This document shows, piece by piece, positions 23,087 through 36,006 of a stretch of 64,000 bases of DNA (position 1 is the stretch's first letter; the number at the start of each line of letters is the position of its first letter). Origin of the DNA: Phaeosaccion multiseriatum (taxonomy: Eukaryota; Protista; Ochrophyta, other classes); the NCBI GenBank assembly GCA_965112735.1, contig OZ218953.1:4216001-4280000 (forward strand), given 5' to 3'. The translations under genes were made by a program, and so were the position numbers. The notes beneath the pieces were generated by a model, which ran no database searches, was not told the DNA's origin, and saw nothing but the letters and a program-made list of their open reading frames with translations.

Positions 23087-25553
23087 TCAAAGCTGAACAT
23101 CCAAGGCCTGGCCGTCGTAGGCCCTGCGTGAGTGGAGCAAAGGAAGGATAAAAAAGGACAAGGACGGCAGGAGTAAGCAGGCTGGGGGGTGGGGGGGAGG
23201 CACGAGCAATGGTCGATAAGAGCATAGTGCAGCAGCATTTGCTCTCCTCCAGCCTTACGGCCCGCAGGCCAGACAGCTCACGAGGATGCATGCGATACAG
23301 ACTCGCTTCCTTCTTCACTCTGGCCCTAGACGGGATGGCACTAGATGGATGTCTGCTAAGAGTACTTACAGCTGCACGTCGAGGCCCTCCTCGTCTCGCA
23401 GCTCCCTGAGCTCGGCGTTGTAGCCGTGGTGCTCGAAGTCGCCGCTCATGCCCACCAGCAGAGTGCGCTTCGCCTTTAGTGTGCGGGCCAGATCCACTGC
23501 CTGAAAGAGCAGAGGAGCAAGGGGGGCGGAAGGAGGGGAGGGGGGGGGAGAAGGGAGAGGACGCGGGGAGGGGGAGGGTGAAAACAAGTAGAAACGAACG
23601 AAGCCGTCTATAGAACGCCCCATTTTCTTCCCCATCACCACCACGAAGGGCCTCTCCTCAGTCCCACAAGGCCGGCCTCCTTCATCCACTGCCACGCCCT
23701 CCCGCCCAATCGAAGGTCCATCTTCAGAACCCCTTCCGGGTCTAAGCACACCATCGAAGGAAAGGAGCTTCCCATCACACTTTCAACCTCCTTCGTGCCA
23801 GCATATAACATTCCAGTCCTCTCTCCCTCCGCTGCAAAAAAGAAGAAATAAAAAAACTGGAAGAGGGTGAAAAGGATCCCTTCCCGCACCGCACCGCAAC
23901 CGCACCGCACCTGATCAGCACAAAAGTGCGTGGGGTGCATTTTGTGGCGCATCAGAGCGTCGCAGATGAGCACATCCACTGCCATCCCCTCCAAAACAGC
24001 CATAGTTTCTGGCGGTATTCTGCTCACATCCGAGATGTAAACCACCTTCCCGTCGTCCGGTCCGAAGATAAAGCCTAAACTCTCATAGTCTAGACGGGCA
24101 CACGGCCGTGGAAGGGAGGAGAGGAATGGACGGGAGGGGTACACCATGAATATTCCCCAACACACAGGAGTAACGCAACCAACCTGCCTGCCTGCCGGCC
24201 GGCCGGCCTGCCTGCCTGTCAGCTTGCCTGCCTGTCAGCTTGCCTGCCTGTCTGCCTGCTTGCCTGCCTGCCTGCCTGCCAGCTTGCCTGCCTGCCTACC
24301 TGCCTGCCAAACTCCAACTCACCTTCCCCATGCATGACGGGGATTGGCAACACTTCCAAGCCCTCCACGCTGAAGGGCTCCATCGCTCGGATCTGTGCCG
24401 GCACACATCGCAACGCATCGCAAGAGGCTTTCAATGAGACACAGATAGAGAGAGTGGGGAGGGCTCAAAGGGGGAGAAGGGAAGGCATGCTGGGTTGCCG
24501 AGCGGCATCATCGTCGAGAGACTTTTGGATGAGAGAGAGGCAGGGGGGGATAGGGGGAGAATGGAACCACTCACCTCATGATAAGTCAGGCTGGCTACGT
24601 GCCTACCGCCGTTGGCGCCCATGACCCCTGGCTCTGGGCAGAGGTAAGGAAACATGCGCCGTACACTCGCGTGCGTATGGGCGGAGAGATAGATAGGGGT
24701 AGGGGTGCCTGTGGAAAGAGGAAGACGTTAGTCAAGACAGGAAGAGAGAGACAGGCGGGATAGAGAGGAGAGAAACAGAGAGAGAGAGAGAGACAGAGAG
24801 AGATGCAAGCTCCACTCTTCTATCCCTTGGCGCCCGTTGCCCCCCCTCCCCCCCCCCCCCCACACACACACACACCTCCAATCTGCACCCCTCTGATGTC
24901 GTCAAGGCCGAGTATGGCATCCGCATGTTCGTGAGTCAAAATGACACCATCGACAGAGGTCACTTTATGCCTGGGAAACCACCTCACGACGCCTGTGTGG
25001 TGATTCAAGAGAGCGCGAGGCACGAGGAGCAGCAGCAGGCCGGGCTATGTTAGGGCAGGCTCGCCACTCCATCGGCGAGGCTTTCCCCCTAGAGTCCCAC
25101 CTTCTCTGAAAGTTTTCCCCACGTCTATGATGATGTACTTGGCTTCTACCCCTTCCGGGGCGTAGCGAATAAGCAGAGAGGGATTTCCACGGTAGTTTTT
25201 GTTTAGAGCAGGGTCGCCTACTGCCGCCTGAGGGAGGGGCAGGGGGGGGGGCGATGAGGATGAGTTCAATGCAGAGCAACGCCCAAGCTCCAATCGCTCA
25301 CCATTCTACTGACTTCGCATTGACGAGAATGGTCTGCCGGGAACATGAGGCAAGACGGCTTCGGCAAGCCGGTGCTGCTCCCACTCCCGAGGAAAATCAG
25401 TTGCGATGCGAGTGCCGTGCCGCCCTCGCCTTTTACCACATCTCCCCCGCGCAGTTGCTGTTGCGGCAGCGACATGACGGTATAACTAAAGCCTGCAGCT
25501 AGTCCCACCCCTCCCAGTACTGAACCGGCGCGTATCAGCCGTGAAAGTGTCAT
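23087..25553 (-). CDS. PhnP-like metallo-beta-lactamase-fold hydrolase, 8 exons
   Basis: LIFLGSGSSTGLP, NKNYRGNPSLLI, IIIDVGKTFRE, ILTHEHADAILGLDDIR (HxHxD), PVMHGE|DY, YISDVS, HPTHF, terminal exon L|AYDGQALDVQL*. Confidence 0.93.
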
Positions 25554-25591
25554 GCAAAGGGGAAGAGAGAGGAGAAAAGGGGATATATTCA

Positions 25592-25708
25592 ACCCTTAAG
25601 TGCCATCTATGGTTGTCTAAAAGTAAAGTAAAGTAGAGGGTGAAAATGCCATTTGGAAGCACTTTTCTTTCTCGCCCGCCACACCATCTGATGATGGCAC
25701 TTAAGGGT
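25592..25708. mobile_element. 117-bp MITE-like element with 16-bp perfect terminal inverted repeats
   Basis: acccttaagtgccatc (25592-25607) and gatggcacttaagggt (25693-25708); second copy of the left end at 21333; no clean TSD. Confidence 0.65.
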
Positions 25709-25997
25709 GTTACAAAAACATCTGCTCTGAGGTGGGGTAGAGGCGGGCTAGTAGACGCCGCCCGACCTGAAAAGTGAGCAGCCTAGAACCGCCGAATTTG
25801 GACTGGGGCCGACCCTCCCTCACTCACTCACCCACCCAAGCAATATATTCAGGTTAAGTTGGGAGCCCCACCGCTGCAGCCTACTACTGCCGTAGTGGTA
25901 CTAGGTTGAGCTGCTGCTCTAGAGGATACCCGCCGGACGAGACCGAGAGGTGAATCACGCAGCAAAAGTTTAAGCGCTATCATCAGCGCACAATCGC

Positions 25998-27907
25998 TCA
26001 GACGTTGCAAACGTTGTCGGCGACGGCGCGTTCGCACACCGTCTGCCCCAGGAGACCGGACACCGCCTGAAGAGCCGGTGGTATGCGACCGACGCGGCGG
26101 CGATTTGCCCCAGCGCACTGAACGAAGGCGGGCTCGCACAGCTGGGCATTGCAAGCCAAACACTGCCCAACCTCGAGCTCAAAGGCCGGGTCGTCTTCGG
26201 GTAGATCCTCCCCCGTGAGGATGACGCGAGCCGTCTCACCGCAGGGGCCACCGAAAGCACCCGTTGTTTCATCTACGGTTAGACAAGACTCGGGTGTGCA
26301 GGCGACCGCCTCGGCCCAGCAGGCACGGCAGCCCGATGTGAAGTCCACGATATCAGCCAAGCACGCGTCCGCCGCCGCGAGGCCAGCTTGGACGGCCCCT
26401 TCGACGTCGCCTCCGTTGGCCGCGAGGGTCTCGAGTTTGGTCCCGATGTAGAGAATCGCACACGGAAGGTCAAAGAGTTCGCTGCTGGCGGCATAAACCG
26501 CAACGTCGTCGCAGTTGGAGCACTGGCCACAGTTACCACAGTTGATGATCTTGTCGGTATCCTGGGCTCGGTCGCTTGTCTCGTATGTGATGCCATCCTC
26601 AGCGACGCGGCAAACGCATTCCGTGGGTACCACCTCCACACCGAAGGGGCGGGAGGGTGTCATTTGCGTCGTTTCGTACACCAAACCACACTTGTCCGCA
26701 CAAGCATCAAAGGGGCCGAAGCCGCAGAATCTGCAGTCTTGCCCCAGACCTGCGGCATTGCAGCCAAGACCTGAGGGCGTTGAGGGTGTTGGTTGGCAGC
26801 CAGAGAGCAGCCATCGGGGCAGAGGGGCAGAGGGGAGCAAGAGGGACGGGACCAGGGGGGGGGAGGACGTCAGTAGTGATACCTGGCTGTGGAAGGGAAT
26901 GAGTGAGGATCACATAGCTAAACGAGACCATGCATGAGCCCGCCAGCAGCCGACCCAGGGGGGCAAGCACGGCTGGCTTGCCCGCCCGAAGGCAGCCAAG
27001 AGCTCTAGTAGGCCACGCACCGCCATTGGGGCTGCACGAAGGATCAGTGATGCAAGGCTCAGCCGGGTTGACCTCCTGGCACAGGGAAGAGCAGCTCGCT
27101 CCCCCTCCTCCTCCGGTGCTTGGAGAGCTTGTGTGTACGGTGGGCGAGGACGAGTCTTCGTCCTCCTCCTCTGCTGGTGCGGAAGCTGAAGATGAGTCTG
27201 CTGCTGGGCAAGAATCGAAGATGCTGAAGCCACAGAATCTGCACTCTTCTGCGAGCCCTGCGGCATTGCACCCAAGTCCTGTCGGCGCATGTAGTGGACA
27301 GGAGGAGGAGGAGGAGGAGGAGGAGGAGGAGGAGGAGGAGGAGCGAGGAACAGAGGGAGAGGGAGGGGAGGATTGCAAGCAGGCCGTGCCAGGCCAGTGC
27401 GCGGAGTTGTTGGACAGGCAGTCAGCAGGTGGTCAGCACGTAGAGGAGGGAAAGCAAGCAAGAAGGGCCAGGCAGCAGCAGCTCACTCCGCGGTACAAGT
27501 AGGATGAGCAGGTAGAGGCAGGTCGGGAGGGGTGAGGAGCGAGGAGGCGAGCGGGGCGGGCAAGAATGCGCTGGTTGTTCTTTACCTCCATTCACGCATG
27601 ATGGGTCTACGAAGCACGGCTCAGCAGCATTCAATTCCTGGCATCGAGCAGAGCAGTCTACTGAAGCCACCTGCTGAAGGAGCCAGCGTAGGTCAAGAGC
27701 GGGGTGGGAAGGGAGGATGAGAAGAAGGAAAAGAACGACTGGGAAGGGAGAGGAATGAGAACAAACACCAGTAAAGAATGAATGAAAGGGCGGGGCGGGG
27801 GGGCGTTTTTGGGGGAAGGAAGATGCGGCCAACCATGCACGCACATCATCAGCGAGAGAGCTGCTGCTGCCGAGCAGGAGAAGCACGGCCACGATAGGAG
27901 ACCTCAT
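25998..27907 (-). CDS. Secreted cysteine-rich protein: two PC..DPSC..GGLGCNA.G...CRFCGF modules plus C-terminal Cys domain ending CAGANRRR
   Basis: Signal peptide MRSPIVAVLLLLGSSSSLA; both modules are split by an intron at the same GG|LGC position; C-domain CGNCGQCSN..D...FTSGCRACW...CT...CLAC...CEPAFVQCAGANRRR. Confidence 0.85.
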
Positions 27908-28161
27908 AGCAAGCAGGGGAGTGAGAGAGTGAGCGAGCGGGACGGAAAAAGGTGGAGAGTGAGCAGGGGAGTGAGAGCGTGGATTGGGGATTGAAAAAAT
28001 AAAAATGGATTGGTTGGGCCCGAAAAAAATTTCGGGGCTGTTGAAGTGTTTTTTGGTCCCCCCGAGCGGTTTTGAAAGCGAAGAATTGTTTCCATTCCGC
28101 GGCGGCCAACATTTCCAAGGCCGCCCAATGATGTAACTTGAGTCAAAGGACGTATCTTCTT

Positions 28162-28423
28162 TGGCCCCTGCCTCTTCTGCCTCTCCCTACCTCCCTAGCT
28201 TCGCCCTCCCTTCCTCCACTCCCGGGGCCCACCACCTCTGCTCTGAGCGCCACATCACGGTGGCCCCACGCACGCGCCCGCGGTCACGGCGAGGCTGCCT
28301 AGAGGCGGGCTAGAGGCGGGCTAGAGGCCGCCGGCCTAGCTAGGCCTAGATAGGCCGAAGGCGGAGCGGCCAGGAGGCTTAGCTAGGGCCAAGGCCGTTC
28401 GTTAGGCGTGTCTGGGGCCGATC
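28162..28423. mobile_element. Degenerate CTAG/GGCC-rich element related to the 21.4-kb fold-back family
   Basis: (ctagaggcggg) tandem, ctagctaggcctag, and end gtctggggccgatc similar to the TIR end gtctggagccga; partial copy at 25721-25813. Confidence 0.45.
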
Positions 28424-28510
28424 TGAGTGTACAGAGTGTTCGGCTCATTTCAGACCGCTAACTTGAAAAAAGTGAAGACCAGCAGCTCACGACACAAAGC
28501 GCTAAATCGC

Positions 28511-28612
28511 TCAACGAGGCATGAAGAACATGGACGACCAATACGGATCGGCGACCTCCTGTTCTTCCCCCTTCCCTTCCTCCTCCTTCTCCCGCCCCCC
28601 CTCCTTCAACTG

Positions 28613-28659
<47 letters not shown>

Positions 28660-30864
28660 GCCGCTGCTGCAGGTGCTGCTGTTGCTGCAGCTGCTGTAGG
28701 CCTTGCCTCCATCCCTCCTCCTCATCTCCAACGGGGAGCCCTTGCCCCTCGCTCTTCTCCAGCGCCAGAACCTCAATGTCGACCGTTTCAAAGGCCGTCT
28801 CCCAATCCCACTCCCCCCCCTCCTCCCCCAGACCGCCAACTCCACCCTCTACCCCCGCCTCCTGCTGCGGAACCTTCTCCGCCTCTTCCTCCTCCCTGTC
28901 TGACGGGGGGCGGGGGGAGAGGCCCCCCTGGTCCTTGCCCTCCACATTCGTACAGGAGGGCGTCAGGAGCTCCTCCATCACCTCCGTCCACCCCTCCTCC
29001 CCACCGACCTCCTCTTCTTGGCAGCAGAGGGTGTTGAATCTATCCATTACCCTCTCTGCGTGGCTCTCCAAGTCTTGTCGAATGTCTGCGAGGACGGCTG
29101 TGGTCATTTCCAAACTCTCCTGCTCCAAAATATCCTGCTCCTCCTGGGTGAGTCTTACCCCCCTGCCCGTCTCGGTACCCTCCACCAGCCGTGGCAATGC
29201 TGGCAATACCCCCCCCCCTGCCCCCCATTCTTTCTTCTCCCCCTTATCCTCCTCCTCCCCCTGCCCCCCTCCCTCCATCTCCTCGTCCTCCTCGTCCTCC
29301 CCCTCCTCTTGCTGCAACCGCCCCCTCCGCAACTCTGTCGTCAACTCGTGCTTCTCCCTGAGCAGCTTCTCAGCCTCCTCCTGAATCAGCCTCCATGCCT
29401 CCGTCACGTGGCGCAGCTCCGTACCCGCCGACCCCACGGCAAAGCGCAACACCAAGTCTCCGTCCAGCATGGTGCTCGACAAAAACACCTTCCCACCATC
29501 GTTCAGGCGGATCCTCAGAGCCTCATTGAGCTCGTTCAGTACGCTCTGTGATCGCTCCTCCTCCTCCTCCCCCCCCCACCCCTGTCCCTCCTCCTTCTCA
29601 CCCCCCTCAACCAGTTGTCGAGGCTCGTCTTCATTGTCCTTCTTCTTATCGTCGCCGACTGAGGTAAAAGAAGGACTCGACCCCCCGATAAGCGGCGCCT
29701 TCTCAGGCGCACGCATCCTAAACAGGACGAGGCCCAAAGCAGGCGAGGTCACCACCTGGAAGCGGGGGTCTGCGAGTGCGAAGTCTGCGAAGAGGCTCGC
29801 GAGCACACAGTCCCTACAAAAGGGACAAGAGTGTAAGGGAGGGTGAGACGCGTGTGTTTGGGGAGAGAGAGGGAGCGAGAGAGAAGGGGCGAGAGCGTGG
29901 AGAGAGAACTAGCGAGCGGTGACAGAGCGGGGGAGGGAGAGAGAGAGCCTGCGAGAGGGAGAGGGGGAGCGAGAGAGGAGACCGGGAGGAGGAGGCGGAA
30001 AATTCGAAGGGAAAGCGAAGCAGCCATGGAACGGAACGGGCACCATCTTGCGTCGCCTTACTTGCGGATGTGCTGCCGCATACGCCGGACTCCGTAGGAC
30101 CGGAATACGAGCCACAGCTTGAGAGAGCGAAACTTGCGCCCCAGAGGAATCTGAGCAGTGAGGGGAGACGAGGGAACCACCGAATAAAAGAGGCCCGCGG
30201 TAGGCAAGGATGAGGGAGAAGATGGAACGCAGAAGGGAAGGAGGGGGAGGGGGGGGGGGGGGGGCTCGACTCTCTGTCTCCTTAGTAGCGGTGTGCTGTG
30301 TGTGCTTCTCCCTCACCTGCCAATCCCTGTAGTCTTGGACGGCGCCCTGATTGATTCATATGATAAAGCCCGATATTGGCATGGAGGAGCAGAAGACAGG
30401 GGGGAGGGGAGGGGATGGCAAAGAGGGGGTGAGGCTTTGAAGCAGACGCGATCGATGGATTGACGCAAGATGGATCATAAAGTATAATACAGACTGCTTC
30501 ATCAGGCGGTCGTCAAGTAGAGCGAAGCGTGGCACAGCCTCTTGACGGCGACACCCCTACTCGATCTCTTGTCCATGTCGCACGCACGTACCTCCTCGTA
30601 GGGCTTGGAGCGGAGGATCTCGGGAGTCACGCTCAGCGCATGGATGAGGGGTGCCTTGTCGGCCACCCACAGGGCGGAACAGTCGAAGTTGGTGCGAAGC
30701 CACTTGTGCGGGTTGAAGCAAAACGAGTCCACGGACTCCACGCCGTCGAGCAAGCCCGGGCGGAACTCCTGTAGGGAGTGAGCAGTGGGGGTAAGGGTGG
30801 TGGGGTTAGAATGTGCGGATACGAGGATAAGGTTTTGGGCCTCCCGCTCAGAGGATCCCCCTCT

Positions 30865-30897
<33 letters not shown>

Positions 30898-32564
30898 CCT
30901 CCCTACACTCACAGGGCATATGGCAGCAGCGCCCGCGTAGGCAGCGTCCACATGGACCCAACACGCCTCATCGGCACCCTCCTTTGCCTCCTTGGCAAGG
31001 GCGGACACGGGGTCGAAGGCGCAGCTGCTGGTGGTGCCCACGTTGAGGTTCACAAAGGTGGGGAAAAGCCCCTTCTTCCGGTCGGCCTTGAGCTGAGCGG
31101 CGAGTGCTGCAAGTGAGGTGGCAGGCAGGGCAGGCAGGCAGATAGGTGAGTGGGTGGGTGAGTAGGTAGGTGAGTGTAGGTGGGTAGGTAGGTAGGTGGG
31201 GAGCATGGGGTGGCATTCATTTCTTGACTAACTTTGGTAAGTAGGACTCGATATTCTAAATCGAGACAGACCAGGCAGTACACATATATTATCATCCCCC
31301 CTCCCATTCCCATGAATGAATGTGCAGATGGGGTGAAAGAGGGGGCGGCGCATATCCGCACCTTCGGGGTCCAGCGTGTATCCGCTCTGCGCCGTGGTGG
31401 GGATGACGCGGAGATTGCTCTTCAGTCCGGCGATCATGGCTGCCTTGGTGACACAGCTGTGCGCCTGTTGCGGCGTTGTGGTATTGCGTCCACGACAGAT
31501 AGACACGACACGGCGGATGGGTGGATATAGGTAGGGCAGGGTTAAAAGGCGAGCCAGTCACCGCAGTGTGTGTGTGTCCATACACTTCAATACATGAACA
31601 TCACATAGAGAGATTAAGGGGCCTCCTCCGAAGTACTACCCACCAGACTCGGGGGCGACTCACTATCGTATGCCTCCATCTGACCCCATATCGTATGCAT
31701 CTATCTGACTGACCTGCCCCATCTATAACCCCTCTCTCCGATCCTTCTCTTTGAAATCTCCTCATCGTACGCCTCCATCTGACCCCTTCTCTCTGTCCCC
31801 TCCGCCTGACCCCCACCTCCCCTTACGATACCTGATCGGAGGTGTACACCGTCATCTTGCCATAGAGCTTGGCGTCCGAGTCCCTCGGGTACTTGATTCG
31901 GAGCTTCTGCAGCATACGATCGCGAGCAGACAGCATGGCCACCACCACGGATTCGGAGGCCGTGCCTTGAATCACTCCGCCTGTGTGTGCAGTGAGGGGG
32001 GGGGGGGGCAAACAGACGCGGCCAACCAACCGCAGGCATAGCGCGGGAAGGGAGTCAGAGGGCGATGAGAAAGACGGGGACGAAAAAGGAGGGGGGGGGG
32101 CGTAGATAGAGGCGGTGCTAGTAGTCGCAGCCAAGGGAGGAGGAGGAGGAGGAGGAGGAGGAGGAAGATCATGTCGTTGCTCTCTCTCCCTCTCTCTCGT
32201 TCCTCTCTATCTTGCCCTCAGTCATTTCCTGTCTCTTTTCTCTCTCTCTCTCCTCTGTCTGTCAGCCTCTGTCAGGGGCCTGCTCTACGCACCTCCCTTC
32301 CCCTTCGAAAGGAACTTGTCAGGCATGCCCATCTCTCTCGCCAGCATGTCCAGCGTGATGGTCTCAAGTTCCGTGGCCGCGGGGCTCGCCTCCCAGCTGA
32401 AGCCAATGACGTTGAACATGCTGCGAAGGAAGGAGGGGTGCGAGGGACGTGCGCGTGTTCGGTGAGAGAGAGAGAGTCTTGTACGGCATCGAAAATGGAA
32501 GAACAGAAAGTCATACACACTCAACTCACACACGCGCAAGCACAAGCACACCACGCACAAACAT

Positions 32565-32618
<54 letters not shown>

Positions 32619-34073
32619 CGTACATTTACATGTCCATCTACCAGCAATCACCTTCCTATAGCGGCGACTGCAACTCACCTGGCCAGCATCTCCCCGAGCA
32701 GGCCTGGGGGCGAGCTATTTGCGGGATACCAGGCGTAGAAGTTGGGGGATTGCCAGTGTGTGATGCCCGGCATTATGACAGACCCCACCTCGCGCATTAT
32801 GTCGCTCCACGGCTCTGCCTCCAGAGGGAAGCGGTCGGCGCCCAGGGCCTCCTGTGGTGCGAGTGTGAGTTGCACGACGCACGATGCAGAATATCCCATT
32901 AGGCATGTGGGGGGGGGGTTACCATTAGGCATTGTGGAAGGCGATGGGTCGAGCAAGAGAGACGGGGAGGAGCACGGGAAAGCAGCTGACGAGGGAGAGG
33001 AGAAGGCATGCGTGTGTGGTGTGTATACATGGGCGTGCGTGTGTTCATGTTTCCGTGTGGGCGTCATGGGAGCGAGGTGGTTGTTCCTCTTCCTATCCGA
33101 ACTGACCGTGAGGTAGCCAGGCTTCATTTGGGACTTGACCGGAAACTCTTCCACCCGTTGGTAGTAGTCGGCGATATACCCCACCATGGCCGTACCCAGC
33201 TCTCTGAAAGCATGTTCATTTTGGGAAGGAGGGGTGAGCCAAGAAGGACCCAGAACGAGACAGCGAAGGACAATCCCATCCCTCCGGGTGCAGGCGTGCT
33301 TACCTGAACTGCTCCCACTCCTGCTCCGCGGTCGAGTTGGCCGGTAGAGGCGTGGATGGAAATTTGCTGATGTCGAAATCGTACGGTGACTTCTCGTCCA
33401 CGTCCAAGAACACCCGCTTCCGCCACAAAAACCCAACTCTTCGTGTCTTTTTCTTGCTCGTCCCTCGGCCCTTCTTGCCCTTCGGCCCTCCCCTCCTCGC
33501 TTCCGCCTTCCTCTCCTTCTTCTCCTTCTTCGCTTCCTTCCTCCTTCTCTTCTCCTCCCCGCTGCGGCAGAGCGAGCCTACAACGTTGCGCGTTAGTCGG
33601 CTCACCTCCACGACGGTGAATATAGCCTCGGCAATGTGAATCGGCTCTGCGCTCTGCACCATCTCCACAAGCTTGTTCGCGCGCTCTCCGTAGTTTCCCT
33701 CCTTGAGCTTACTTAGCACATGTCTGAGCGACAAATTCAGGGGCTCCTTTTCAGCCTTTTCCACTGCTGGGGGCGCAGCGGACGTCTCTGACCTTCTTCC
33801 CCCCTCCCACCGTCCTCCTCCTCCACCATCTGCCGCTCCTGCGGCTTCTGCTGCTTCCGGTGCACCTGACATCTCCTCGTCGCTTGCGGCTTCGAGCCTG
33901 GGATTCTTTTCAAAGCCAGTCAGGAAGTTTTTCAACCCTCGAAGAGGATTAGCTGCGCCCACGAGCGAGGAACAGGACAAGAGAAGCAGGACGGGAACGA
34001 GCACCTTCGCACACTGATAGGCTGCTGGACCGCATCCTCCAGCAGCAGCCACCCTTCCTCTGTGGCGCTTCAT
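28511..34073 (-). CDS. Aromatic L-amino-acid (tyrosine/DOPA) decarboxylase, PLP group II, with N- and C-terminal extensions
   Basis: [56 protein letters not shown]|[31 protein letters not shown] (PLP Lys), DYRDWQ|[13 protein letters not shown]. Confidence 0.96.
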
Positions 34074-34271
34074 CCTAATGCTGGTGTGTTGGATCAAGGG
34101 ACATGCTGTCGGAGTCGGAGGGGAGGGGAAATCGGAAATCGGGAAATTTGAAATCCGCAAATAGCACTGTATTTGGGTATCGAAAGAGAGCCCAAAACCA
34201 TGCGGAAGGCACTAAACACGCTACTCTGCCCCCCACCCTCTCGCATTCTTGTTTTTGTGTTCTATGAGCAC

Positions 34272-35967
34272 ATGGAAACTGTTGGTGGGAGGAGGAGGGG
34301 AGTTAGCAACCCTATCAACAGTAGCAGCAATAGTCTGAGCAGTATCGTCACACCTGACATGTGGGGGCAGCGGAGGGCGCAAATTGGTCCCAAACTCGAT
34401 CTCCTGTGCTTTCTCGAGCCATTGACGATACCACCCACGCGATCGAAGCAGCAGCAGCAGCAGAAGACGGGAGAAGAGGACAAGGAGAAGCAGCAGCAGC
34501 AGCAGCAGCATGTGAGCGATGAGCTCGTTGAGGAGAAGTTGATTCAAGGTATGTGACGTTGCACCTATTCTGTTCCCTCTTCTGCTACAAATACGGCTCC
34601 AGGATCGCTCCAGAGTGTAGACTGGTAGGGAGTGCCTAACAACAGCAACAACAAAACATGGGATAATGACATCTCAATCTCACGATCGGAGACGTTCGCC
34701 CTTAACTACACTGTGCTCTCCCCTTTCCTTGTCTTACGGTTTTCTTTCCCCAAATAGTCACCATTAGGCGGAAGATCGGTCGCACGAGCAGAGGCCAGAA
34801 GCTGTTGCTATCCAAAGTAGTGGAGGACAACGACGAGGCCGTGCTCGCAGCAGAAGAAGCTCTTGTTCGTGAGGCTATCGCAGCCAACGCGCGAATGGAA
34901 GGCGGCCGGGGCAGTGGCTACGGCAGCGTTTATAACAGCAGCAGTCGTACTCTCGCCACCAGGGTCAAGGGCTCACGATCCGAGAGGCTGCTACTACAGC
35001 AACAGACAGAGAGGAAGAAATTGGAGAATGAGTGGCAGGAGGAGGAGGACGAGACCGGGCGCCAAATGCCTGCCCCTTCGCACACGTGGGTGCTCCTTCA
35101 GACTTCCCCTTGATCTATGTTTGCTTCCCTACTCTACATTCTGTCCTCTCTTGCGGCTCCTTTTAATGAAGTCCCCTCCCCACCCCTCTCCTTGTGTGTG
35201 TGCAGCGTGAGGAATACCCCAGCAGCACTAGTGCGCCGTTTTTCAGCACCGGCTGCGACAATAGGAGAAGGCGGGGTCCGGCCGGTGGAAGGAGCCGAGG
35301 CAGCAAAAAATCCTTTGTCAAAGTCACCGTCGCCCCCCACCGGAGTAGTTCCCAGCCCATCTGAAGCGCCCTCGGCCTCCCCGCCTGGGAAGCAAGTGAG
35401 GAAGAGGCAGTTTCCTTTCGCGCCCATGAGCGAGCCTCACACGGAGGCGCTACAGCTCATCAAGAAGCTGCAATTCATCCCTCCCCTTCCGCCTCGGCGA
35501 GGCAAGGTACAAGTGACTCTGAAGCGGGCGCAGACTGTCGTTGAGAAAAGGCCAGGTCACAAGGCTGTGCTCGCGCAGATGGCGGAGGACGCGCCCCTGG
35601 CTGTGGCCGATGCGGAGGAGGCTCTCGTGAGGGCTATGTTAGGGCCGCGTCTTGCCCAGGGCTTGCTGGGGCATGTGACGCAGACCCAGAAGCAGCAGCC
35701 ATGGCCGGGAGGTGGAAATGCGGGGGGGAGATTGGCTGCTCTTGTCAGCGGATCGCGCACTTTGCAGATCCTGGAACGGCCTTTAGAAGAGACGGCAGGA
35801 GTGGCAGCAGCAGCAGGGGTGCCTCGTGGGGATGGAGGGCAGCACGGGGAAGAAGGTGACACCAGTGCTCTCGATCAGAGCGATGACTCCAGCAGCAATG
35901 AATCTGGGAGTGGTAGCGAAGGGAGTAGCAGCGACGGAAGTAGTAGCGGAGAGGAAGAGGATGGTGG

Positions 35968-36006
<39 letters not shown>

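Noticed and set aside
23366-23372. Hydrolase apparently truncated at DVQL*
   Set aside because: That TAA lies in a gtaag donor; the conserved AYDG exon is at 23087-23123
28018-28037. Hairpin cccgaaa-aaaa-tttcggg as a terminator
   Set aside because: 7-bp stem in eukaryotic upstream DNA with no supporting context
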